Below are positions 1 to 11,796 of a DNA stretch of 64,000 nucleotides, piece by piece (positions within the stretch are counted from its first letter, which is position 1; every line of letters begins with the position of its first letter). The stretch is from Guillardia theta CCMP2712. Lineage: Eukaryota; Protista; Cryptophyta. Below the pieces are notes generated by a model. That model saw nothing but the letters and a program-made list of their open reading frames with translations, did no database searches and was not told the DNA's origin. The position numbers and the translations under genes are program-made. The stretch is from contig NW_005434552.1 in the NCBI RefSeq assembly GCF_000315625.1, positions 50,127-114,126 on the forward strand. The letters are read 5' to 3'.

Positions 1-240
1 GGGTAGGGGGTGGTACGAGGAGGGGAGAGGAGGGAGGAGGGGTGGTCCAAAAAAGAAAAGCTAATCCTACCAGCGGCTACGGGGGAAGTGTAAAACTAAA
101 AAGAAGAAGAATAAGTCTTGTTGCTGCCTTTTGTGTGCGATGGTACCTTCCGGGTATGTGTTGTTGCTGCCTTCTGTGCATTTGGTACTGATGGTCTGAG
201 GCGGGTGGCTCCGTTCTACTAGAGAGGACCAAGGGGATCA
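1..240. repeat. Dispersed repeat X (G-rich head GGGGGTGGTACGAGGAGGGG...CTAATCCTACCAG); second copy at ~27948-28190
   Basis: Near-identical sequence at 27948-28190; the head alone recurs at 6165-6225 and 34064-34085. Confidence 0.9.
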
Positions 241-311
241 AGGGGCTGGGCATACAGAGCTGCAGGATCTTAAGGATAGGTTGCAATCATTTCAAGATAT
301 CTGATCAAGAA

Positions 312-788
312 ATGACAACGTGGATGTCTGATGTGGAAAAAACGGCAATGAATCCTTTGATTGTGAAGTTCAACAGGATCAATCTTGAGAACTCTTGCTT
401 GAGTGATGTCAAGGACATCATCTTTGATAGGTACATGGAGTTATGCAAGTCAGAGATCGAGGAATTCAACAATGCCAACTTTATGTGCGAGATGTGCTGC
501 TCTTGGACACCTTCTGAAGAGTGCAATAGATTGTCTGCCTGCAAGACCTGCACAGATAATTATTTTGTATGGAGATGCTCTACATGTGATGATGTGTTTG
601 AGCACCTCGACGCGATGGAAACCGCAGTATGTCGCGATGGACGCTTGATAAAGGAGCGACACTGCAAGAGATGTGAAGAGGAGCTCGAGTTGTCATGCTG
701 GGATTGTGGAATGGTATACAAACTGTGCAATGGATATGATGAGGAATATTGCTCATATGGCTGCAAGTCTAGAAACGCATGGTTGTAG
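312..788 (+). CDS. Cys-rich hypothetical protein with multiple CxxC pairs (possible Zn-binding)
   Basis: 158-aa intronless ATG ORF with CEMC, CKTC, CSTC, CKRC, CWDC motifs; lower GC than the neighbouring genes. Confidence 0.55.
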   Translation: MTTWMSDVEKTAMNPLIVKFNRINLENSCLSDVKDIIFDRYMELCKSEIEEFNNANFMCEMCCSWTPSEECNRLSACKTCTDNYFVWRCSTCDDVFEHLDAMETAVCRDGRLIKERHCKRCEEELELSCWDCGMVYKLCNGYDEEYCSYGCKSRNAWL

Positions 789-1018
789 TCAACGAGAACC
801 CAGACAGGGGTACATCTTACTGACTGTGCAGCCTCATATGGTTGCTCATATGGTTGCTCATATGGTTGCTTATCTGGTTGCATGTCTGGAGACGATTGGA
901 GAGATTAAACAACAAGGATCCAGGGGGTATATTTTACTAACTGTGCACCCTGAATACAAGCTTATTGCTTGATCAATGTTTGGATATTCATTCTTACAAG
1001 TCTCTAGTAAACTCCTCA

Positions 1019-1190
1019 GAATCTAGCCTTCTTTTCTTGTGGCTACATTGTTCATCTTCACAATCTAGCCTTCTTCTCTTGTGGCGACATTGTTCATCTT
1101 CACAATCTAGCCTTCTTCTCCTGTGGCGACATTGTTCATCTTCACAACAATCTAGCCTTCTTCTCTTGTGGCTACATTGTTCATCTTGTG
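1019..1190. repeat. ~39-bp tandem repeat (AATCTAGCCTTCTTCTCTTGTGGCTACATTGTTCATCTT), ~4 copies
   Basis: Seen directly; a 25-bp triplication follows at ~1400-1478. Confidence 0.85.
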
Positions 1191-1354
1191 TCTGGCAGCC
1201 CTTACAGTTACAACTTCCTGCATTGGCTCCTCACCCTGTTGTGCTCACATATTTCACCTGCTTCCCCTCTCCTCTCCTCTCGTGCAAGATCTTCTTCTCT
1301 CCGGTCAGATCTGCTCCTCGCAGTCTCTTGCTTTCCTTCTTTCCGTCTCTTTCC

Positions 1355-2300
1355 TTCTCTTCATTCTCTCTGTGATACCTTTATCCCTTTCTCACCCTCT
1401 CTTAAAACATCCTATCTTGTAAACATCTTAAACATCCTATCTTGTAAACATCTTAAACATCCTATCTTGTAAACATCTCTCATTGTCTACTGCTTGTTCA
1501 TCTTTCCTGTTGATCACCCTCTCTCTCTCTCCCTTCCCTTGTCTTTCTCTCTTCTCTCGTTGCTCTCTCTTTGCTTCTTCCTGTCGAGCTGCTTCTCTTC
1601 CAGGCTCAGCTGTCAGCAGAGAGAGAAAGACGAGACGGGGGAAGAGGGAGAAGAGGAGAGGGACGAGACAAGTGAAGAACAGAAGAGCGTACCGTCAGAG
1701 GAAGCGCAGGGGACGCAAGGGAGAGGAGAGGGGATAAAAGAAAAGAGAGCGAAGGAGAGGAGACGAGGAGAGAGGAGGCGAGAGCTTCTCCTCTTGCAAA
1801 GGAGGTAAGGATGGAACAGGAGAGGACAGCAGAGTAGAAAGGCGATCAGAGAAGCAAAGGGAAGGGAAGAGGAGAGGAGAGAGGAGGGGAGCAGAAGAGA
1901 CGAGCAGAGCAGGGAGGAACAGAGAGCAGAGAGCGGAGGAGAGGAATGAACAGGAGGGAGGTAGTGGAGTGCAATGACAAGGGGAGCGGACAAGGGAGAG
2001 GACGAGTAAAGAGAGATGGAGGAGCAAGGAGAAGGGGGAAGAGAAAGAGCAGAATCACGACCAGCAGCCAAGATGCAGAAAGAGGGAAAGAGAGAGTGAA
2101 GGATAAGACGTAAGGTATGTATGAGGAGACAGACGCGAGCGGCCACAAGAGCAGAAGAAAACGCAGAAGAGAAGAAGAAATGTTTGCAACATAGACAAAA
2201 GAGAGGCAGAGGGAGACAAGCTGTCACATTGTGAAGAAGGATGATGACAAGGGAGACAGGAGCGAATGGGAAGCTCTCGGCATATGATGGGATGAGAGGC
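1355..2300. repeat. CT-rich/GA-rich foldback-like dispersed repeat; paralog at ~21386-22211
   Basis: 1355-2022 matches 21640-22211 directly; 2041-2300 matches 21386-21640 as reverse complement. Confidence 0.8.
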
Positions 2301-2899
2301 TGAGACGAGACAACAAGGGATGAGCAAGGGAAGCAGAGAGGTCTGAGATTGAGTGAGACAACCTTGCAGTCACTCTTGTCTCGTCTCTTCTTCTCCTTCT
2401 CTCTCCTCTCCTCTCCTCTTCACTCCTCCCCGTCCCTTCCCCATGGCAGCCCCCTTGTCACTGGACCCTACCCCCTCGGTATCTTTCTACCCCCTCACCC
2501 CCTCCCCCTTGCGACATCACCATGAGACTCTACAGACAGACTACCGGGTCCTGGCCCATCACTCTCACGACCACCTACCCCTCTCGTCCCTCTCCTTCAT
2601 GTACCCTCTACCCCCCTCCCATCAAGAGAGGTCAATCTTTTCTTTATTCGAGCAATACACCCTCACACTGAGTACCCTCCGAGTGACCGGGCCTGCGGCC
2701 CCGAGGCCCCGGGGCCCCGGCCCGGTGCTTCAGCTACTCCCGTCCCGGGCCCGAGGAGGGACTCCGGTGAGTAGAGGAAGAGAGCTGCGGGGCTGTACAA
2801 GACATGTGCTATCCGAGTCATACGGCAGTAGATGCCTCACTAGTGCAAGCACAAGCGATGAGAGGCCTAGACCAGTCTCCTCGCATGTCTCCCTAGTCA

Positions 2900-5441
2900 C
2901 TAGTAGATCCTGCACATGCTCGTCCCGCTCGAGCGACACATCGGGCATGACCTAGACGTCGCTGCCTCCTTGCAGTCCTCGCACAGACACTTGTGACCGC
3001 AGGGGATCAGCGCCCATTCAGCTCTTCGATCCATGCAGACGACGCATGGCTGCCCGCGCTCTCCGACGGCATCATCGTATCGCTGCTGAAGCTTCTTCCG
3101 CAGCTCGCTGAAGCTCGGCCGCTCCTTGATCTTCTCCCGCCAGCACTCTCGCATGATCGCATACACTGCTGGAGGGCATGCAGCAGGAGCCGCTAGTCGC
3201 TCCCCGTCCACAACCTTGGGTCCTACAAGCTCATCGTCGGTGATGGCCCAGTAAGGGACTTTGCCGTAAGTCCAGACCTCCCACAGCGTCACCCCGAACG
3301 CCCACACGTCGCTCTTCTCCGAGTAGCGATGTCTCAGCAAGCTCTCCGGCGCCATCCATCGCGCCCGTCCAGCCCTCGAGCCTGCCGAGCTCTCGCTCCC
3401 TACCCGACTCACTCCGTCACCGCGCGAGCCCATGATCCATCGCCCGTAGTCGGCTACCTTGACCCTCACCCCGAGGTGATCCTGCCCTTGCAGACTCCAG
3501 ACAAGCACGCTCCTCGCCGCCAGCTCCCGGTGTACAACCTCGTGCAGCGACAGCTGCTCCATCCCGTCGCAGATCTGCCTCGCCACCTCCAGCTGCACCA
3601 GCTCACCCATCGTCTCCTCCTCCTCCGCGAAGCTGCGCAAGGTCCTCTCGAGAGAGCCCTGGCAAGCGTAATCAGTCACCAGGCAGTAGTCGCCAGAGCT
3701 TGGCTCGACGGTGACGGCGAGGAGGCCAAGCAGGCTGCGGTGACGGCCCAGCTGGTGCCAGGTCTTGACCTCCTGCTCGAGAGCTTGTCTCCTGACAGTA
3801 GCTCCGCTGCCTCGGATACGTAGGATGGCCACATCAGCGGTGCTGGCGTGCGGCTGCCGCCAGCGAGCCTTGTAGACGAGCTTGGAGGAGCCTGAGCCGA
3901 CCTGACGACTGTCGACCAGGCTGTCGTAGTTCACCGATGGAACGCTTCCCAGCTGGAGACGAGAGGATCACATCAGTCATCGACCCTCATACAGACACAA
4001 ACAGGACCTGAGAGACAGCGCCCTGCTGGTTGTCGTCGTCAGACGCCTGCTGCTCCGCGTCTCTCTGCTGGCGCTGGTGCTGGCGCTTGCGCTTCTTCGT
4101 CTTGTCGCTTCTACACCTCTCATGTCGCTCGATCCCCTCCTGCGCGGGCTTGACGCTGCGTTGCAGTGCCGCTGACAGAAGCTCTCCGCTCCATAGCCGC
4201 CGCATCCAGCCCTCTATCTTGCTCGCCAGCTCCTCGTCCTGCCTCGCTCGCGCTGCCTCCGCCGCTGTTCGTCCCAGCGAGTCTCGCAGCTCCCCGAGCT
4301 CTCCGCCCCCGACCTCCAGCAGCCTCTCACAGACAGACCAGACGCCTCGCGCCGCCGCCACGTGCAGCGCCGAGCCATCAACCATCCTCATGTGAGTCTT
4401 GAGAGACACGCTGGATACGCTACGACTATGACCTCTGAGGCAGGCTTTCTCCTCCATGCTCTCAAGGTCCCACACTCTCAACGTCGCATCGCTACTCCCG
4501 CTGACGGCCGTCTTGCCGTCCTCGCTGATCGCCACGCTCTCTACCGCACTACTATGACCCTGAAGACAAGCCTTCTCCGTCATGCTCCCAAGGTCCCACA
4601 CCCTCAGCGTCGTATCGGCACTCCCGCTGACAGCCGTCTTGCCGTCCCCGCTGATCACCACGCTGTATACCGCATCAATATGACATCTAAGACAAGCCTT
4701 CTGCTTCATGCTCCCAAGGTCCCACACCCTCAAAGTCCAATCCCTACTCCCGCTGACAGCCGTCTTGCCGTCCCCGCTGATTGCAACGCTCCATACCTGA
4801 TCTTGATGACCTCCAAGACAAGCCTTCTGCGTCATGCTCCCAAGGTCCCACACCCTCAGCGTCTTGTCCCAGCTACCACTGACAGCCGTCTTGCCGTCCC
4901 CGCTGATCGCCACGCTCCTTACCAAGTCACTTTGACCCTTACGACAAGCCTTCTGCTTCATGCTCCCAAGGTCCCACACCCTCAGCGTCTTATCGTCACT
5001 CCCGCTGACAGCCGTCTTGCCGTCCCCGCTGATCACAACGCTGTATACCCAGTCACTATGACCTCCAAGACAAGCCTTCGGCGTCATGCTCCCAAGGTCC
5101 CACATCCTCAGCGTCTTGTCCCTACTCCCGCTGACAGCCGTCTTGCCGTCCCCGCTGATCGCCACGCTCTCTACCGCATCACTATGACCCTTGAGACAAG
5201 CCTTCTGCTTCATGCTGTCAACGTCCCACACCCTCAATGTCTTATCGTCACTCCCGCTGACTATGGTCGTGACTCTCGCTGGTCCTACTGGATGCTTCTG
5301 CTTCAGTCGCTCTGCTCCTGCACTCACGGCCAGCACTCTCACTTCCCCCTCATCTCCTCTCTCGATCGCTTCGATCAGCTGCAGCCGCTTCCTCTCGTCC
5401 TCCTCCATCCTCTCCCGCTCGTCGTCGGAGACCAGGCTCAT
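2900..5441 (-). CDS. Ankyrin-WD40(7)-ankyrin - tyrosine-kinase-like (pseudo)kinase - C3HC4 RING protein, copy 1; exons 5441-4008 and 3952-2900
   Basis: A 55-nt phase-0 GT..AG intron (4007-3953) joins ...AVSQ to LGSVPSVNYD in frame. WD repeats GH..V.SVAISGDGKTAVSGS.D.TLRVWD; ankyrin GSALHVAAARG...DSLGRTA; kinase HRELAARS, DYG, WMAPE, SDVWAFGVTLWE; RING CVVC..CGH.CLC..C..CPMCR. Confidence 0.85.
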
Positions 5442-6312
5442 CCTCCTCCTCGCTCGTCCTGCAGCCCCAGCACAAGGACCTCTTGTCTTCCCTCGCTCCT
5501 CTCGAGCAGACCGTCTGCCGTCCTCGTCGTCCTCGTCGTGCTTGAGGTCCGTAGGGAGGAGTAAGAGAGAGCGAGAGGCCTGTAGCAGGGATGAGCAGCG
5601 GGACCTCTCAGGCTTGTCTGACAGCCTTGAGCCTCTCACACGTCTATCTCTTGTATATGTCTAGTATGTCTAGTAGGCATCGCTTGTCTGTATGTGATGT
5701 CTTGTGCTTGAAGGCTGTCGACGTCGTCTTCTTGAACATGTGCGTTTGTTGTCGTCTCGTCATCAGTCTTTCTTCTTGTCTCTCTCTATCTGCTCTGTCG
5801 TGTCTCTCCGTCTCTCTTCCTTGTCTATGTGTCCGTCTCTCTTGTCCATCGAGAAGACATGTGAAGCAACCCTGCCCTACCTCCCCTCCCTTCATCTTTC
5901 CCTCTTTCCCTTCTCCCTCCCTCCTTCCTCCTTCCTCTCCTTCCCTTCCCTTCGCTTGTCTCTTTCTATCGCTTCTCTCTCCTTGTCTCTCCCTCACACC
6001 ACCTGACCTCTCCCTTCCCTCTCCCTTCCCTTCTCTTTCCCTCCCCTCGATCCTCTCCTCTTCCTCTGCTTATCCTACCGAGCTCTGTCAGGACCCCTCC
6101 TTTATCCCTCCCTCCCACCCCTACCCCACTCCCTTACCCCCAGTCCCCCCACCCACCCGATCCAGGGGGTGGTACGAGGAGGGGAGAGAAGGTAAGGGGG
6201 GTGGTCCAACTAATCCTACCAGAGAGGCTCAGGGGGGAGGGAGGGGTGGAGGAGGAAGGGGCGGGAGGGGGTGGTGGGGTGGGGTCGAGAGTTCAACCCT
6301 CTTTCTCATTGT

Positions 6313-6445
6313 TTGGGGCAGACAGCCAGGCGTCAGCCGGGAGACGGACAGGTGGAGGAGAAGCAGGAGAAGCTGACACAGTGAGAGATGGTACAGCTGG
6401 AGCTGAGAGGTGAAGGAGGCGAGAGAGGACCTCGAGGACATGAGG
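6313..6445 (+). pseudogene. Short remnant of the RAD5/HLTF-like cassette (region upstream of RING)
   Basis: TGGGGCAGACAGCCAGGCGTCAG... matches 34415-34477. Confidence 0.6.
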
Positions 6446-8510
6446 CTGCAACAAGATGAGGCACCAACAACCTGCAATGATCGGCGCATGAGGGCATGCC
6501 GATGGGGGTAGGAGCTGGAGGGCTTGAGAGAGCGCGGTCATGCGAGTACGCTTTCAATAAGGCATCAAACATGCTTCACAAGGTCCAGCTGCACATGCCA
6601 CCGTAGCAACTTCCAGCTGCATGCCTGCTGTCCTCCACCATACAGCAGAGAGCATCCCCGGCCAGCCTCCCCCCACCAGCACCCCAGCACAAGCCCTGGC
6701 TACCTCTCGAGCTGCTGGGCACATGCCTCCGTCTCGCTCCTCGGCGGCCTGATCCCAGCAGCCTCTCGAGCTCGAGCAGGCCTTATGTCGGATTGTGAGT
6801 ACCTTCCCAACCTAGAGCTTTAAGGGAAGGAGCCTGCTGGGAAACGAGAATGCGGCAAAAGGTTGGAGTTGTTAGTAAAGAGAGAAGCGGCAAGAGGAGG
6901 AGAAGGGGGAGGAGCAGGAGAAGTAGCGGGTGGAGAGGAAGAGAGGGAGGAGAGAAGGAGCGGGAGGAGCGGGAGAAGCAGGAGGATCGGGAGGAGGAGC
7001 TGCACCTTCCTCTCAGCGAGCTCTTCAATGTGCTCCGAGCAGGTCTCGTGAGGGAGACCATGAAGGCTGTATCGCACAAGTTCCATACACTCGCACGATC
7101 CTTCGGAAGGGGGTTGACAGACATTCTGTCTATATCCTTCAAGGTGATCAAGGGGCTCAACGCTTGTTGGAACATATCCTTGAGCAGCATGACGCAGAGG
7201 GATCGCAGGACTTGCATGTCTTTGATGCTGTTGCTGTTCAACCTAGTGACAACCTCCTCAATGTTGATCTTGCAAGTCACGACGTTCTGCATACTTGTTG
7301 CATGTCCTCAGGATGGTCACACGTTCTTGCAAACGAGGAGGGTCACTTCTCCTGGTATGCCGGGCTCTCATATGCCGCGGCTTGCAGCACTTCAAAGTAA
7401 GGAGGAACCGTTCGATCATGCACGTCAACGATCGACTGCTTCAGCAAGACTTGAGGGATCCTTTGCTAGTGGCGCGCTTATCCTGAGGTGGGGACGGGGG
7501 GGGATTCTATGTGAACGGGGGGGATTCCATAGTTCCGCGGATGACAACACCCCTATCGCCGTTGTCCACAACATGGTTGAGCACCAGCAAGACGATGCGC
7601 ATGGGGTCAAGGACGGGAGGAGGAGGGGAGAGGAGGTGCAGGAGGGGAGGATTAGACTCGTATCATGTGAGAGAAGCTTGAGAAAGGTTGGCGCTTATCC
7701 TTCCTCGTTCGCTCCTCCCCTCGTCAGGTCTCGCCAGTGTCCCCGCAGACCCATCCTGTCATCTCCACGCGCCTCATCTTCGGGAGGCACGGGCCGGGGG
7801 TAGAGATAACTGTAAGGACAGAGGGGGGTGGTGGGGTCATGTCCGTGCGGGGGTGATGTAGGGCCGGAAGTTAACCAGACTCGATGGGGAGACAGGGGTG
7901 GGTGGTGGTCTTTAGGTCAGATTTCGGTAGGGGTGGGGGTGGGGGTTCATTTGAGTGCCAGAGCAGGGGGAGGTGTAGGCATCTGGCTGAGCCAGAAGTT
8001 CTTACAGACGCAAGAAGTTCAGGGCTAGCTTCCTTTCAGGTGGTGGAGCCAAGCGCGGCATAGGGCTTGGAGCTTAGGATGTGACTTACGAGATTGACGG
8101 ACTGGGTGAGGGGGCGCTGGAGAAAAGGGTGTCGACGTGGAAGCGAGGGGACTCGGCATTGTGGAGACAGGAAGGAGAAAGGGAGCTGCTGGTGTTGGTT
8201 GCTGTGTCTGATCCTGAGAATGAACTGCTGGTGGTTGTGTTGGGAGTCTGGAGAGACTCATTGTGAAGTGCCGAAGCCGTGTGGTGTAGTCAGCCATCTC
8301 CGAAAGCCAACCATCTCCGAAAGCCAACCATCTCCGAAAGTCAACCATCTCCGAAAGTCCGGGTGTCCAGGGAGTGTCGTGAAGAGGAAGGTTGTTGGTT
8401 GCGTAGGAGATTGTTTTGTACAGATCTGTAAAAAGAATTCAAGGTGATTCCTTTAGTGTAGGGGTATAAGAAGCATTTCTATCGCTGAGACTTGTTGGCT
8501 CAGTCTCAAT

Positions 8511-11500
8511 CTACTCGATACCTAAACTTGTAAGATACTCCTGAACTGACATGTCCCAAGCATAAGCAGCGCATGTCTTGCCGTCATTGTCTTTCTCCCT
8601 CAGCAGCCCCTCCCCGCACCTCTCCGCCAAGTACCGCATAACCTCCAAGTGCCCTCCAGCACTCGCCGAGTGCGCGCATGTCTGGCCATCAATTTTCTTC
8701 TCGCTCAGCAGCCCCTCCCCGCACCTCTCCGCCAAGTACCGCATAACCTCCAAGTGCCCTCCAGCACTCGCCAAGTGCGCGCATGTCCAGCCGCCAATTT
8801 TCTTCTCCCTCAGCAGCCCCTCCCCGCACCTCTCCGCCAAGTACCGCAAGACCTCCACATGCCCTGCCTTGCTCGCCGCATGCGCGCATGTCGTGCCGGC
8901 TTTGGTCTTCTCGCTAAGCAGCCCCTCCCCGCACCTCTCCGCCAAGTACCGCACGACCGCCAAGTGCCCTCCCTCACTAGCCAAGTGCGCGCATGTCTGG
9001 CCGCCCAAGTCCTTCTCGCTCAGCAGCCCCTCCCCGCACCTCTCCGCCAAGTACCGCAGCACCTCTAAGTGCCCTCCAGCACTCGCCAAGTGCGCGCATT
9101 TCTGACCGCCCAAGTCCTTCTCGCTCAGCGGCCCCTCCCCAAACCTCTCCGCCAAGTACCGCAGCACCTCCAAGTGCCCGCCCTCACTCGCCCAGTGCGC
9201 GCATGTCCTGCCATAATTGTCCTTCTGCCTCAGCAGCTCCTCCCCGCACCTCTCCGCCAAGTACCGCACTACCTCCACATGCCCTCTCACACTCGCCAAG
9301 TGCGCGCATGTCTGGCCGTCACTTTTCCACTCGCTCAGCAGCTCTACCCGACATTGCTCCTCAACAGCCTCCAGCACCTTCACATGCCCATACTCCGCCG
9401 CCCAGTGCATAAAGGTCCTGCCTCCCTCATCCTTCGTTCTTACATCTGCTCCTGCCTCGATTAGCTCCCTCACGCTTCCCGCCCTCCCCAGCATCCCCGC
9501 TACAGGCACCCCTGTCCTCCCGTCCTTCATCCGCTCGTCCATGTCGCNNNNNNNNNNNNNNNNNNNNNNNNNNNNNNNNNNNNNNNNNNNNNNNNNNNNN
9601 NNNNNNNNNNNNNNNNNNNNNNNNNNNNNNNNNNNNNNNNNNNNNNNNNNNNNNNNNNNNNNNNNNNNNNNNNNNNNNNNNNNNNNNNNNNNNNNNNNNN
9701 NNNNNNNNNNNNTGTCCATCTTGTGCCGCAACCTCGCCATCGTCTTCCAGTACACTGACTGCATCGGCTCGTCCGCAATATCTCGACATTTATGGTCTCC
9801 TTGTGTGTCTTCGATCCAGTGCCTGAGCTTGTTCATCGCCATCTCCTTCACGCGGTTCGACACCTCGATCGCCTCCTTGTAGTTTGACTCGTCGTTGTAC
9901 CACTCCGCCTCCCTCCCCCTGCTCGCCTCCACCAGCCCCCAGCACTCCTCCACGATCGATTGAACAAGACCCTGATGATACTTGTACGATGAGTCCCATG
10001 GCGCTGTTCTCAGCCGCTCCTGGATCCTCCCCTCCTCCCCTCTCAGGTCTCGCTCTACCTCCCTCGCCAGGTTCTCCATCAGCCCTACGTACAGCTGCTT
10101 CCTCTTCCCCACAAAGTCCTCGATCGNNNNNNNNNNNNNNNNNNNNNNNNNNNNNNNNNNNNNNNNNNNNNNNNNNNNNNNNNNNNNNNNNNNNNNNNNN
10201 NNNNNNNNNNNNNNNNNNNNNNNNNNNNNNNNNNNNNNNNNNNNNNNNNNNNNNNNNNNNNNNNNNNNNNNNNNNNNNNNNNNNNNNNNNNNNNNNNNNN
10301 NNNNNNNNNNNNNNNNNNNNNNNNNNNNNNNNNNNNNNNNNNNNNNNNNNNNNNNNNNNNNNNNNNNNNNNNNNNNNNNNNNNNNNNNNNNNNNNNNNNN
10401 NCCTCCGGACACCCCGAGCTTGTCCTCGTTGAGGAAGCTCTCCGGCAGCCTCATCCCCTTCAGCCCCCTCCACACCCGCAGCCCCTCCGGCAGAGGCGTG
10501 TGACGAGACAGCTTCACGATGCCGCTGACGATGCAGTGGATGGTCGTCGTGTACTTGTTGGGGACCTTGTTGGAGTCTTGGAGGAGCTCTTTGGGAGCTC
10601 GAAGAACAGAGTTGTACTTGAAGTACATCGGCCCTGTCATAGCAAGCCTCTTGTCAGCTATCTCACGCTCTCTTGCTCCTCTCTCCTCCCCCATGCTCCT
10701 TCTCCCTCTCTCTCGCTATCTCTCTCACTTACCTGTGTAGAGCTGCAGCGCGATCAGCTCCGCCTCCTGTAGCCCTGCCTTGATCGCCGTGTCCAGCCCC
10801 TTCAGCTCCTCCATCCCTCGGATCACCCGCGTCCCGTCCGACAGCCTCCGCCTCCTCTCCGGGTCTGTCACGTTGAGCCACTCCTCCTTGGCTGTCGTCG
10901 TGATCCCGTAGTTGCTCGTCGTGAACGCTTCCTCCGCGTCCTTGCCCTTGCAGTGCTCCTCCTCTATCGCCTTCATCAGCTCCGTCTGAGGTAGCCCGAT
11001 CCGCTCCATCAGCCCACCGTAGTACTCCTCGATCTTCCCGTACACGGCCTCGCGTACCTCCCCGCTGCCTGTACCGTCCGACTCATTCACCGCAAACTTG
11101 CTGTTGTGCGACGTCGCACCGTCTCCTCCCGCCCGCCCTCCTGCCTCCGCCGGCCTCCTCAGCGCCTCCTCGAGCCTCCTCGCTATCGCCGTCTGCCATA
11201 GAGCCGATAGAGCGCTCTCCGTCATCCCCTGTAGCCCCGCAAGAGGACTCGCCGCGCTCCCGCCGGGGATGCACTCCGCCATGACTCGGAGGATGTTGAG
11301 GTCGCCGAGGCTGCTGGTCTTGCGCTCGAGCTCCCACTCTCTTGCCACTCTGACCTCGTAGTCGTCGTACGAGAGCTTGTCAGGGCCTGCGTGCGGCATG
11401 AGGGCCGACGCGTCGACGCCGAGAGCCATGCGGAGGTTGTTGAGAATCGTTTTGTAATCCTCGGAGTCTAGGGAAGTCTGAAAAAGCTTCTTGAGGTCAG

Positions 11501-11796
11501 AGCTGATGTCGTCGGGGATAGTCCAGCTGGTCGTCTGCTGGGCACTAGCTGGTGGATCAGCCGTGGGATGGTTGATTTGAGATTTGATCTCGATGTCGGT
11601 CTTGTTTGACGGCGGAGTCGTAGGGCTGGAGATGCTTGACGGGATGGTCTCTACGTCTGCTTGAGGGGCTGGGGGATCTTTGACAGTCTGCTTTCTCAGC
11701 TCGGCCTCGAGCTCTGAGATCCTTCTTGTCGCTTCTTCCAACCTCTGCTGGAGTAGCGAGTCATCACGACCCTCCTCGGGCTTCACTTTGGACGAG
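8511..11796 (-). CDS. R-S-E-type mono-ADP-ribosyltransferase - helical linker - ankyrin repeat protein, copy 1 (5' end and ART core in gaps); intron 10732-10634
   Basis: A 99-nt GT..AG intron restores LYTG/PMYFKYN; VWRG motif present; 35-aa ankyrin repeats G.TCAH.AS.GGHLEV.RYLAE; close paralog of 17715-20461. Confidence 0.8.

Noticed and set aside
6850-8450. ORFs of 100-317 aa between the WD40 and ART genes
   Set aside because: No recognisable domain, low-complexity parts and non-ATG starts; probably gene or retroelement debris
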